Source of the DNA: Lophium mytilinum
Taxonomy: Eukaryota
NCBI GenBank assembly: GCA_010093605.1
Contig: MU004182.1
Location: 124,001 to 188,000 of the forward strand
Direction: 5' to 3'
DNA: 64,000 nucleotides
Shown: positions 48,375 through 60,994 of the stretch, in pieces
How the letters are laid out: each line of letters opens with the position of its first letter
Position numbering within the stretch: position 1 is the stretch's first letter
Program-made: the position numbers and the translations under genes
The notes under the pieces: generated by a model
Database searches by the model: none
What the model was told of the DNA's origin: nothing
What the model saw: the letters and a program-made list of their open reading frames with translations, nothing else

Positions 48375-49536
48375 ATGACGCTGAAGCTCGGTCTTTGGAC
48401 CGCTGCAGATTATTTGAATGAGGGGCGGGTAGTCTAATGGAAGCTGGGCGATGGGAAAGGAATGAGTGGTTTCTAGCCGGGAGTTGGTTCTAAGGTGTCT
48501 TCAGCTTCATACCCAAATTGATTTAATGGAGTTTTTGGTTGGATGTTGCAGCTATTGCTCGGGGTACTTTCAGATGCTTGATATTACGACTCAATGCCAA
48601 TGTTACAAAGGGTGCGGCCGAGTGCAGAATCAAGTCGCGAGTAGGTAAGCGAGACGAGGAACATCAAAACTGCCTCTACCCAGCACCTTTCTATCGCTGC
48701 AATTCCACAATCTAGCACGAAAAGCAAGGTCTAAATTGCTAGATGTCTTTTCCGGGACATATTTATTAGTTGGCACAAAATAAGGGAAATTATTGCTTTG
48801 GCGTTGGTGTTGTGCGGCTGTATTGCGAATGCGTGGATCTGATTGGTACTTGATTATGCACTCGGCGGCACCCTTTGTACATGCCTAAGGACTTCGGCAA
48901 TGCGGGTGATATTGTCAATAGCACTACTAGAAATTCCGTTAGGCAAATAACCCCCGGCTATATACCTCGATTCATGGTCGTTCAATAGCAAGTAAGTAGC
49001 TATTCTACTTCATTGACTATTCTACGTACCTTACTCATTGCTGCCTAAGATTCACCGACCAATCGGAGATCATTATATCCGAATACGGATTAAAACGGCT
49101 TTAACTCATTCTACCTCTTACTTCTCCGCTCAGGTTACAGCACCATTAACATGTAGTAGCTGTATCAAGACAACTAAAAGGCATGGCAAGAAAGTCGTGC
49201 GCAAGCACTACTTCACAGGGTCTTAGGATTCTGCGTCAGGGATTAATTTGGCCTAGTTTGCTTTCTCCGCTCGGCTACCAGCGCCAGTGTCATCATTCAG
49301 GACCTCATCCACTTCACTACTTAAATGACACGACTCTAGTACTTCCCCAGCTATATTAATCTGTAACACTGTGTAGAGTTCTTTTCTTATGCAAAACCTT
49401 ATATTAAGTCGTTAAGTGGACGCTTTCTACCTTTCTTCGAGTTCGAAGGCGCGACCACTCAGTGACGTCGTTAGTCGCCTTGGTGGCGTTGCTTCTCTAT
49501 TCTCTATTCCCACGTCACAGATTCTCAACTTTGATC

Positions 49537-51600
49537 ATGAAGAGGTTTCTCTTTTTGCTGGTACTCTTATTTGGGGTGTCTTTAGCAACTTTACCCAAAA
49601 ATGATGCCCCTGGAACGATGTTGAGGATAGAGGGCGAGGAGCTGATTGACGACATTTCCTACAGCTTCGAGAATGGAGCGACTTGCACAGCTTGCGAGGT
49701 CAGCAATCTCACTACCAAAGGAAGCAATGTCCGAATCCTGGCTAATGTGCTTCAGACAATCCTAGTAGTCCTTAAGCGTCTTGTGAAAGCCAACGAATCT
49801 CTCTTCCTCTCCACCATCACTCAAATATGCAAACTTGCAGGGGTACGCAAGACGTGAAATTGGACCGCAACTTACTAATGAGTTTCTAGGAAGATCCCGA
49901 CGCGTGTGAAGGCGCAGTCGCCCGCGAAGGCCCAATCATTGCGTATGCCCTTCGGCAAATCGAAACCGGGTCAAAGACCTCGAAGTTGTTCTGTATTACT
50001 TTCATGGGCGTTTGTGACTATCCGGCGGTTACGCCTTATGAAGTATCTTTTCCTAAGAAGGCATCACGGAGGCCAAGACCTGTCCCCAGTAAAGAGCCAC
50101 CAATACGTTTCGTCCACTTCAGCGATATACACGTGGATCGACTCTATGCTCCTGGAACTAGTACCAACTGCACGACATACCTTTGCTGTAGAGCGGATAG
50201 TATATCTAAATCTCCCGGGGGCAGTGATGTTCCCGCTGGGCCGTATGGGGACCACCACTGCGACGTCCCGCTAAGCCTCGAGATGAGCATGTATCGCGCT
50301 ATCGAGGACATGGGTCATTCCTTCAGCATTTTCACTGGCGACATCATCGACCATGCGATATGGAACACTACTCAAGCTCAAAGTACCATCAATATAAACC
50401 TGGCTTACGCTGAGATGAGTTCACTTGGACACATATACGGCACCATCGGCAACCACGAAGCCGATCCTGTGAACTCTTTCCCTTCTACGGCTGTCGGGTC
50501 TGCTCCCCAGTGGGTTTACGACACCCTCTCCTCTCTCTGGTCTCGGTGGATTGGAGACGAAGCTGCAACCGCAGAGAAGAACTTCGGCGCCTACTCCGCC
50601 AAACACCCCGGCACGAACCTCCGCATCATCTCGCTAAACACCAATCTCTACTACATCCAGAATTACTGGCTATACCAAGACCCAATGGAGCGCGACCCCA
50701 GCGGCCAACTCTCCTGGCTCGTCCGCGAACTCCAAGCCGCCGAAGACGCCGCCGACCGCGTCTACATCATCGGCCACATGCCCATGGGCTTGCGCGACGC
50801 CTTCCACGACTACTCAAACTACTTCGACCAGGTCGTGAACCGGTACGAAGCCACCATCGCCGCGATGTTCTTCGGTAAGCACCTCCCTCCCCTCCCCGAG
50901 ATACCCATGTAGTTTTACCCCTGACACCCCCCTCAAAGGCCACACGCACACCGACGAACTCGAGCTCTCCTACTCCTCCTCCACCAACCGCCACTTCTCC
51001 ACCGCCTCCGCAGTCTCCTACATCGCCCCCGCCCTGACCCCCAACGCCGGCCACCCCTCCTTCCGCGTCTACACCATCGACCCCGCCACCTTCGCGGTGC
51101 TGGACAGCGTCACCTACATCGCCAACATGTCCGCCCCCGCGTTCCAGACCACCGGCCCCGTGTGGGAGAAGTACTACTCGGCGCGCGAAGTCTACGGGCC
51201 GTTGGTGACGCCGCCGCTGGAGGCAGGTGATGAGCTGAGTCCTGCGTTCTGGCATAACGTGACGGAGGCGTTTGAGCGGGACGAGGGGGCGTTTAAGGGG
51301 TACTGGGGGCGGAAGAGGAGGGAGTGGGAGGTGGAGGAGTGTGCGGGTGGGGAGGGAGAATGTAGGGAGAGGGAGGTGTGTCAGATGAGGGCGGCGCGTG
51401 CGGAGGATAATTGTGTGGTGCCGAAGTTGGGGTTTCATTATGAGAGGTTACTGGAAGCTATTCCGGGATTGGTGGAGGGAAGAGAGAGAGAAGAGGATGT
51501 GTGTGGTGGGAGTATGGGGAAGAGGATTTTGGGAGCGTTGATGGGGAGGAAGGATTTGGTGGAGGTGTTGGTTGGGAGGATGATGGAGATAGAGAACTGA
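49537..51600 (+). CDS. Secreted acid sphingomyelinase-like metallophosphoesterase with a saposin-like N-terminus
   Basis: Signal peptide MKRFLFLLVLLFGVSLA, then CTACE..ICK..C. Metal-binding motifs SDIHVD, TGDIIDH, GNHE, GHMP and GHTH (formed across intron 50875-50938). Confidence 0.92.
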
Positions 51601-51937
51601 GCGTAGCCTTTCGATTCTGAAGCTGTGTAAGTTTCAATGCATTTTTGTACTCGCTCTTCATTTGGTCTTTATAATCATCGGGACCGGGTCAATTTCTCTT
51701 GTCTCGCAGTAGAAGTGTTGTAAGACAACGTATATCACGTGAACGTCACGCGCCGCGACGATGATGTAACCCTCCAAAACCTCGACTACGTCTATGAAAG
51801 TCTTAAGCAACGTCGTATATCGGATGATCGTTAGACCCAAATCTCGGTATCCGTTTACGCGCTGCTATCATAAAGAGCGCGAGCTACACCACCCCCAAAC
51901 GCCCCCTTTTCACCCCAGCACCTCTCACCAAAAGCTT

Positions 51938-52641
51938 TCACAACAGCCGTATACAAGTTCTGCGGCCCAAACTATTCCCCTTCCTCTTCGTCCGCATACA
52001 CTTCCTCAACACCCTATGTACCTCCCCCAACGTCAGCCCCGCCGCCGCCTCCTCCTTCGCCTCAATCTTCACAGTCATAGCCCACGGCTCCGCCCTCCAA
52101 TTCCCCTCCATCCTAATCCATTTCAGCTCCACCTCCGCCGCCCGACACGGCGGCTGCGTTACCAGCATCCCCCGCACCGTCCGCGGCAGCTCCTCCCGCG
52201 CCTCGACACTCTTAAAAAAGCGCGTGAATTCGACGTCCACTTCTACCTGGAAATCGCGGTGGTGCTGGTTTCCGCCGTCCCAGGATGACAGGATGGGATT
52301 GAGCCAGTTTCGCGCCGCGCCGCGGCGACTGCGTTCTGGTTCGTGGCGTCGGTGTCACCAGGGGCGGGGGCGGGGGCGGGCAGGGGGAGCAGAAATAGGG
52401 GAGCGCGTAGGCGGGTGAAGTTCATGATGACGGATTGCCAGAATCGGCTGACGCGGCACAGGGCGAGGAGGTGGTAGAGGGGGTCACCGTAAAGGATGTA
52501 GTCGGGGTCTTCGAAGGCGCGGTCGAGCCATGTGGGGTCGTCCTCGTGGTCGTAGAAGGTGGATTCGAGGAAAAGGAGGATGGCTTCGAGGAGTTCGGGG
52601 ATGTTGAGGGCGCGTGAGGCGGCGGTTTGGGGGGTTGTCAT
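51938..52641 (-). pseudogene. F-box protein with an internal frameshift
   Basis: F-box ALNIPELLEAILLFL..LCRVSRFWQSVI..LRAPLFL is in one frame. The downstream motifs WLNPIL and MLVTQPP are in another. A GCCGC duplication at 52314-52323 accounts for the shift. Confidence 0.7.
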
Positions 52642-53019
52642 GGTCTGGAGGGAGACGGTGGGGGACTCGAACGTTGGGGTGTTTGGGGTTCTGATAGGTG
52701 CCGAGAGGGAGGACGTCTCTTCTTTTGGAGTTCGTTGTAGTGGAGAACCATGGGATCCGCTTCTCATGGAGTCTTACTCAGGTGGCGGGGAATATAAACT
52801 TTGAAGCGGGGCTGTCATGCACGAAGGCAAGAAAAGCGCATAACGCTAGCGATATATCATTATGTGGGTCATGTGATCTCGTATCTCGTAGAGAGAAGCC
52901 TTGTGTTACATGTGCTAACAGATGTGTTGCCGATCCGCATGAAAGATAGGTCTTTGCGGACACGGAACATGTCCCGATGGGGCTCAGTACTGAGGGACCC
53001 TTTCAGACGAGGTGAACCA

Positions 53020-54979
53020 TCAACATCCCAAAAGTAGACTCGCGGATATTATAGGTAGTCTTGTTTGGACTATAAAGAGTACATCAGCGTGATGTGCTAG
53101 CATGACATGTTTCTAGTGCCAAACTTACTGTTACTGGTACGCATGAACGGATACTTGACACCCATTGCCGGACTCAGTTTCCATCTCTCGGTATTCGCAA
53201 TACAGTACTTTGCCGTGAACTGTGCCTGCAGATCCTGTACAAGCCTAGCGTTGAAACGTCTAGATGCCGCGCTCGGAGCAGGGCAAGTAGCAATTTCCTT
53301 GCTACTAAATTCGACTTCGGCATCCATCTCCTGCTTGAACTGTAATATTGCTGCTGCGGGCTCTACAGGCAGCTCCTCTGGAGCAAAAGTCTTGCGTATA
53401 AACTTGTTCGAGTCTAAGGAGGATTCCAGGCTCCGAGTCCCATCTACACCTTCATATGACTCCTGGCGATCGTACAATTCGGAAGTCACAAGTTTTTTTC
53501 GTGTTTCGAGGAATAGTGAAAACATTAGCACTGCAACGCCTAGGTGAGGTAGTTCGAGGACAGCGTTTTCTAGGATATCTTGCAATACGTCGCCGGGGTC
53601 GATAGTATCCTTCCGGAAAAGCACCTGGTCGCGTAACTCGGGCCATGGGATATAATCGAGCCAAGGAGAGTAGCGAGTTGTGTTGATGACAACGGACTGT
53701 AGGTCGCTAGGGCGAAATGGCTCAAGGATAGCTTGGCGATTTGCAGCAGTAGGCTCGAGGCGCCACCGAACGATGGACTCGTGGAGTTTTCCTTGGCCCT
53801 GGGGCATACGTGAGCACAGGATGAATGAAATATGTTACTGAAGTTCTTACGATACATAGTGCGTATTCACCGCAATGAGTCCAAGAGAAGAGAACGCGCA
53901 CCGCTGCTGCTAGCAAGGATTTCCAATCAGCCTCTGTTAGTTGCTGCATCTGGGAAATGTAGATTAATAGCACATGCTCGAAGTGCTCAATTACGGAGGA
54001 AGATCCAAAGGAAGCATTGAGGCTAGGTCTAGATGCCGTATCCACTAATTGAGATTCGGCGTGTAGTTCAGCTGGTTGACTGTTGTACAACTGGAAGAAA
54101 GAGTCTTCATCACGTTGTTGACTTTGTTGGGGAGACCGGTTTGATGTTAGAAGTATCTCGTGAGCCCTCATCTCGTGAAAAGAAAGCTGGTTCCCAGTGT
54201 TGTAAGCCATATCTGGTGTCTGCGTTTCGACATGCTGCCGATTGGGGTCATTGGACTGGAGAAGGTCTTTGATGGGTTTCAGAACAAGTTCACCCGCGGC
54301 GTTGAAATTGAAGGCATCAAGGCATTGCGAAGAGTCGTGAGAGGACTTGGCTAAGGTATTGAAGGTTGCGTTTGAGGTTATAACGGGGAAAGTTCCTGAA
54401 TCATGTCCCATTGTGTGGTCCCAGATCATGTTTTCGTGAAGCTCCTGGCGAGGGCCACTAAAGTGCACCGATGACGCATGAACCGTCGGTTCTTGCAACC
54501 CAGAGCTTGTAGCAATTGATTGAATAGTGGGATCTGACGGTTCAGAAGCCTCTCTATAGCCTGTCCGGGCAATGAGTCTCTCATATATAGCATCACCTAC
54601 ATGGTTTACTGCATCAGCTTAGTCCGCAGACTCCGCAGCATCACTCACCTGCACCATCCGCCGCCTGCGTGCTCAAATTGATCATACTCTTCCTCATTTT
54701 CAACAAGCCCTGCTTCAATTTCGTGTTTTCATCCAAGACCTCCAGAAAAGTCTTGGTGAGCTTCGGGTTACCCTCCATCCAGGTAGCATCATCCTCGCCC
54801 GCACCATCCTCATCAACAGTAGACCGTATCCGATGAACAAAGGATTCGAGCTCCTGGATGCGCGCAAGCTGTTTCTCGCGGGCGTGCTGCTGCGCGATGC
54901 GGTTCTGAACCCTCTTGCGCTCGACCTTAGATTCCGCAAGGCCTGTAGAGGCCTGGGAGGTCTTCCGACGGGAACTCAT
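53020..54979 (-). CDS. bZIP transcription factor with a DUF3425-like C-terminal domain
   Basis: VERKRVQNRIAQQHAREKQLARIQELE (bZIP), YSPWLDYIPWPELRDQV and WKLSP..KYP. Multi-exon; the last small exon (~53070-53020) is inferred from a GTAAGT..TAG intron. Confidence 0.82.
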
Positions 54980-56305
54980 GGCCGTGGTAGATGCAGTGTG
55001 AGCAGATTTTGATGGCGTGTAACTGTAGAGGATTTGATTGAGGTACAAGTGTTGAATGTTCGTCGCCCCGGATTGCACGACATTGCTAGGTTCTCCAGCT
55101 TTTCCGGCAGCTCGGAATTGACGGCGTTAGCCTAGCAGGTGGGGTACATTGCGAAGTCCGGGGTATGCATTTTGATAGGACGAGTACGTATCATTAGCCT
55201 GAGGAGGCTTGATAGATTCCGCTGGGCTAATGGCGATGGTAGTTGGGAGCCCTTGAAGTTGGGCTGTCAGAGTTCTAGATCGATGTGGCTTGAGTTTCCA
55301 GGTTCACCCTCAAGAAAAGGATCAGGGAACACATTTGTCCTAATGAGTGACGGAATATGAACGATCTGGCTTATACTAGGGCCTTGAATGATAAAGTATT
55401 CCCAAGTCTGCCCGGTTGGAAGAGATTTTCGCAGCCTTCACAGGCTTTTCGATTCCTATCTCCTGTTCGGCAGCGTGAAAGCAAATGCGACCGCTCGAGT
55501 AACATGGGTACCCCATCTTGCTCTGACGTATATAGTTTGTGCTTCTGATGTTGGTGTTTTAGAAGTTATCGCGGTGGTCAATAGAGGTATCCGGATCAAG
55601 ACGTGGGGTTGTCTTAAAGGCTTTGCGGGGAAGAGGATCATCACACTCACGTGACCGAGCATCTTGATTCAAGACATTTGGCAGATTGTGGAGCATTGGA
55701 AGTTATTCTCTTGGACTATACTTCCCTGTAGTCATGATATCAATGTAAGTACCTTGTCTTGATGGTTGTGAGATCCTCAAGCATCTGACGAAGAGTGAAG
55801 GTACCTTTCTTGGCATATAACTATACCTAATTAGACACGCGGGGCATAAAAAGGGTGGCACTCTATTCTACATGGGTGTCAACTTGGAGTGCTTCAATAT
55901 TTTTTACGGAAATTCAAACAGGATAGAAGATCTTCCTTCTAGAATCTGTGGAAACTCGTTGGGGCACCTCAAGTAGTGGTAAAGTAGGTGCCTCTAAAAG
56001 GCAACGTGGTACTTAAGGGTAATAGAGAGTAGCAGTAACAAATTCGTAAGGTATAGACACTATTCGATTCATGTGCTATATACGCTTGCTTAGCACCGCT
56101 TGAGGTCCGCTAGTATGCTATTACTATTCATGAAATGCCTGCTTTGGCAAGCCTGATAGCTCTTTGGGCCACCTCATACAGTGTTGAACTGCTGTTGTGT
56201 GCCACTTATTTCCTGCCTAGCGTGTTAGGATGTGGTGTTGAGGCCCACCCGCGAACTTCGCACTTCACCCGTCCTGCCGTGTACTCTCCACCAGGACATC
56301 ACAAG

Positions 56306-56935
56306 ATGGCTTCCATACGGCCCATGACCATTAACGATCTGTTCAAGATTAGCACCACTAACCTAGACCATCTCACCGAAACCTACAATGTAGGCTTCTA
56401 CCTCGAGTATCTGACTAAATGGCCGGATCTCTGCCGTGTCATTGAGGGCGTAGATGGCAATATTGAGGGCTACAGTAAGGTCAACTCTCCTCTTCTCGAA
56501 GCACATCACTAAGTCTTTTGCTCTAAAGTCCTCGGAAAGGTCGAAGCCTCGCCTTATCCTCCGCCCGTCTATCCCTACGACCCAGACACAAACACAAATC
56601 CAAACTACCTCCCCTGGCACGGCCACATCACCGCCCTCACCGTAGCGCCCTCTGCCCGTCGACTAGGCCATGCGACACGGCTCACAGAGAGTCTGGAGCA
56701 GCAAGCCGACGCCAACAATGGCTGGTTTGTGGACCTCTTCGTGCGAAAAGAGAACATCCTTGCGCAGGAACTCTATAGAAAGATGGGCTATTCGGTCTAC
56801 CGCTGCGTAGTCGACTACTACAACGATGGAGCTGATGCTTACGACATGCGGAAGCCCTTGAGCCGCGACAAGGGCTACAAGCACGTTCGAGATCACGGCG
56901 AAAACTTTCGTGTGGATCCCCAGGATGTGTGGTGA
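56306..56935 (+). CDS. NAT3: NatB N-terminal acetyltransferase catalytic subunit (NAA20)
   Basis: Intron 56475-56528. Motifs NLDHLTETY..FYLEYLTKWP, LPWHGHITALTVAP.ARRLG, FVDLFVR and DAYDMRKPL. Confidence 0.95.
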
Positions 56936-57339
56936 GATTCTTTTCGATCCTTCGGGGGTGCTTCAATACATTCTAGCTGTATCTGCAATCCTTGGAACTT
57001 TATCAGCCTCTCGAGTTTTTTCATTGTACCCTGACGATCCCCAGCCCGCTGGGCTACTGTTGCCAGCGTCGCGACCTGCCCAAACTTGTACATTGATCCA
57101 CAACCCGATGTACTCGCTGTCACGTGCTTTCTGAACTTCACCGTGACGCCTTGAGGCTATTGTTCTGTATTCATGGATTCACCGCGTGCGAATCAGAATA
57201 GCTAAGCGAGCTACCTTTCTTCCACCCTATTTCACGTCCTTCGTCGCTCCACACTCATGTCACGAACCTCATCACCAACCTCATCACGATCATCCTGACA
57301 CTCCCAAAAATCCTTCAAGACGCGATTCAAACCTCAAAA

Positions 57340-58872
57340 ATGCCGTACCACATCCCTTCGTACCCGAAACTGATCTTCCCGTCGCCAATCGCCTGCGTAC
57401 CGAAAACCCTGGGGCTCTCCTGGACGAACTATGCACGCCACTTTCGCGAGCATGCCGCCGACCGCGATGTGCGTGGGGAAGCCGGTGCCACACTGGGCGC
57501 CGCGATGCTGCGCCACTACTTCCCCTCTGTAGCGGGCTTCCGCCAGTTCCGGGCGTGTCTTTGGGTCAATTGGGGTGCTGCAGAGACAACGCCACTTACC
57601 GAGATTCTGGAAGGCTTATCCGTGGAAGACATGGCGATGTGGATTGTGGAGAAGAAGAAGACAGAAGAGGGCACCGAAGAGGGGATTAGGCCGAGCGTGG
57701 AGGTCCAGGACGACGATGTCTACGACGTCCACACCATTCTGATCGTCGCCACCAATGCCAGATTCATGGCGAAGGAGGAGCGTTTGATCCCGTCTGTGCT
57801 GCCGCTCTCGGGCCAAGAGTTCGTTGTTCGAGGGAAAGAAGTGCGCCGTCTCGCCAACGTGGTGTTGTTGACTGGCAACCAGTCAACCCAGTTGCCGCAA
57901 CTCGAGTTCTACAAGCTAGATCTCGATGGAACGAACAGGAAGTGCTTGGTGCCTGCCGTGGGAACTACGGAGGAGCGTTTTGTGACCCATGTGTTCGGAC
58001 TAGGGAAGGAGGAGGCTCAGCAAGTGAACGAGATGTGGACGGCGGCAGCAAAGGAGGAGCTGAAGCTGATGGGAAACCTGAAGACGAAGGCTGCGGAGAG
58101 ATATGCCCAGACTCCGGAATCCAACTCGAGCGTCTTCTCGCTCGCACACCTCCACAGCCCCGCCAGCCGCGCCCCCAGCGCCCTCCCCAGCGCCGTCAGC
58201 GCCGTCAAGAACCGCACCCGCAAGCAGACAAGCCGTGCCCTCTCCGCCGGCGCCTCTTCCCGCTCGGGCTCCCGCAAACGCAAGCGTCCAACCCCAGAGC
58301 CCTTCTCACCCATCTACGCCTCCCCTTTCAAGCTAGAAGGGACCCCTTCCTCCGCGGCCTCCGAACCGCGCCGCAAGAAGCAGAAGAAATCGGCGCAATT
58401 GGCCGCCATCGACGCCGCGCTCCGCAGCCCCGCTGCCTCCGCTTCTAAAAAGATCTTCTGCTGCCCGTTTGTGGGCTGCCCGCTTCGCTACACGATGAAG
58501 GACTCGGTGCGCCGCCACTTCAAGAGGTTTCACAAGGGGCTGGAGTTGGATATGGCGGATTGGGAGTATACGACCGCGGAGGGCGTTAAGATTAAGGGAC
58601 AGCATGTGGAGATGGAGAGTAGAGCTGGTTCGCAGGCGGGGGAGAGTAGGGGTAGTTCGCTGGCTGTGGAGAGTAGGGGTAGTTCGCAGGCTGTGGGAGG
58701 GGAGGCGGGGCTTGGGGGTAGGTATAGCGGTTTGACGAGCAAGAAGAGGCTGCCGGGGCTCTACGAGGCGGCGGCTGGTGGTGCGGGTGTTAAGGCGGAG
58801 AGGGCTGACTCTGCGGTTGCGGGCGATGGGGATGGGGGTGCGGGTGCGGGTGCGGGTGCGGGTCAGGGCTAG
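57340..58872 (+). CDS. Hypothetical nuclear protein with a single C2H2 zinc finger
   Basis: 510-aa ORF with CPFVGCPLRYTMKDSVRRHFKRFH, NLS-like SRKRKRP and RRKKQKK, and a low-complexity tail (ESRGSS-like repeats, GAGAGA). Confidence 0.7.
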   Translation: MPYHIPSYPKLIFPSPIACVPKTLGLSWTNYARHFREHAADRDVRGEAGATLGAAMLRHYFPSVAGFRQFRACLWVNWGAAETTPLTEILEGLSVEDMAMWIVEKKKTEEGTEEGIRPSVEVQDDDVYDVHTILIVATNARFMAKEERLIPSVLPLSGQEFVVRGKEVRRLANVVLLTGNQSTQLPQLEFYKLDLDGTNRKCLVPAVGTTEERFVTHVFGLGKEEAQQVNEMWTAAAKEELKLMGNLKTKAAERYAQTPESNSSVFSLAHLHSPASRAPSALPSAVSAVKNRTRKQTSRALSAGASSRSGSRKRKRPTPEPFSPIYASPFKLEGTPSSAASEPRRKKQKKSAQLAAIDAALRSPAASASKKIFCCPFVGCPLRYTMKDSVRRHFKRFHKGLELDMADWEYTTAEGVKIKGQHVEMESRAGSQAGESRGSSLAVESRGSSQAVGGEAGLGGRYSGLTSKKRLPGLYEAAAGGAGVKAERADSAVAGDGDGGAGAGAGAGQG

Positions 58873-60994
58873 CGATGTCTAGGTTTGTGAGGAGAGATGT
58901 TGAGGGGGTTGAGAATGTTTGTATGATTAGCTTGGTCCTTGTTGTATCCTGACAGTCCCTGAAGAGTGGTGGGGACAGTCTAGCTAGTGTAGGAAATCAG
59001 GGCATGCATGTCACTTTTCATACTTCGGATCTCTGGTCGCGTGGACTTTGTACGCGCGAGTGAGGTTGAATTGGTCGATATATCTGTCGATCCATGATCT
59101 GGAGGTGTTTTCGTGCTCGCTAGGCATCTTGAAGGAATAGAAGCTCTTCACTCTGGGCTCTGTGGAACGTCGTTGAGGCACTTCAAGCAGTGGTAGACGG
59201 GTGTGAGATAGCGCTGCACGCGTGGTAGTTATGTTTGGATAGGAAGTAGCAGTCTACGAACTCATGGGGTTCATATATACTATTTCTGTGCTTCAGGTAC
59301 GCTTGTTTGGCACTGCTTGAGGCCCTCTAGCCGTGAATCCTCAAGATACGGGGTGTTGAGTGAGCATACATAAATGAGAAAGTGTACTGTGTGCTGCTGC
59401 CGTCTGAAGGCCTCTGTCGTACTTTCAGAAAGCGGAAGAGATTTGAAGTCATTGTTTTGGACGACTGCAAAACTGCTCAGGGCACCCCAACCGGTATCAA
59501 GTCCGTGTACCCAAACGAGAGAGTACACAGGGAGAGAGAGCCAACGCGAACGACAATGAACTTACAACCCTGGAACGCCTAAGATGATGTTCCAATCAGG
59601 TCAGTCTGAAGGCAGGATTCGATGACTTGCATCCAATATTCTGTGTTGGCCGACTAGGCGAATCCGAGCTGTAGGTAAATCAAGCCAGGTTGGGGTTCTG
59701 CGGGGCGTCTGGCCGAAGCTCCCATGTCGAAAGACGGTTCTCGTCCACGATGCGCGAGAGGCGGACCGGGCGGGTGGGAGCAGTGGTGGATGGGGTGAGG
59801 CAACTGGGACAGAGGGTAGAATAGAAGCAGGCTAACCCGATGCGACACGGAGTGAAGGTTGACGAGGCGGGTAAGAGCTGGCACGTGCGCAGGGTATCAT
59901 TGGTGGAAGCATGGGGGCAGGCAGATAAGCGGGGCGATGGACTAAGGCATATCAACGCTCGCCAAGATATTGTACCTTTGCAGCTATCGCCGGGGTCGTT
60001 CCACGGCGGTGGTTGTAGCTCGACGCGGCTTCTATTGGGGTAGGAAGGATACGGACAGCCAATGCGAGATGCTACAGGAGTTGGACGCACACTAAGCATT
60101 ATCTGTTCCTCTCGAAGAGGACTCGGTGTCTTCGGATTGATGTCCTGGGACCTTGGACCTTCAAGATGGTTTTTGTGCCCACACCACCAGCTGCACAGTC
60201 CATTGCTGCAGGCCAAGCTGGCTGGCAGTTCCCGGCCCCTGCAAAAGCCGGGGGTGCGTCCAGATGCCGAGAGTGTGGAGGAACAAGAGGAACGTGGAGA
60301 GGCGTCCAGCACCTGCAAGCGCCGCAGTGTCGGCCCGCATTCCCACCTCGCGAACAAGCTCTCCAAGCACTAACGGTCAAGCATCGTGAACAAGCCGGCC
60401 ATACGTGCAAAATCTGCCAGTGCTGCAGCGCCACTGGGCCGTAGTCAGCGCATCATGCTTCGCGCCATGCTGCGTGCCGGCGTGCGGTCTGGTCGTTGCG
60501 GTCAGGAGAGGCAGAGCTTGAGGTCACGAAGGCCATGATATCTGATTATTCCATCCGCGTAGGGCACGGAAGCTCAATCTCGCTCCGGTCCGCAACGTTT
60601 CGAATTAGCACAGCTGCTGCCACTGCCAACCGCCGCGCGTGATGCTGGACTCGCCCAGACAGAATCCGGGGGCCTTGCCGTGCATCCCAGCCTCACCACC
60701 ACTCGGAACCCCTCTCGTTGGCCTGCTCCAAGCACCCGTCGACAGGCCTCCGAGGCCCTGGCCAGCAGCTGTCCCCTGCAGCCGACCAGCCCATCTCGCG
60801 ACCACAGACTCCAGCATCCCGGACCGCGACTCCTACCCCGGGCCTGATCTGGCTTATACGGAAATGGCAATGCTCCAGTTCTATATCATGTCCGCCAATC
60901 CCCCAGATTCTGCTTCTCCAGTGCGCACTCGCCTGACACAGCACCCTCCATTCCCCTGATCTGAAACCTCAACTCGTTGCCCACAGCCATCATC

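Noticed and set aside
59600..60990. SYGGRG (CreA-like) and CGG triplets upstream of the sugar porter
   Set aside because: Short motifs that are common in GC-rich DNA; I could not establish a complete activator site.
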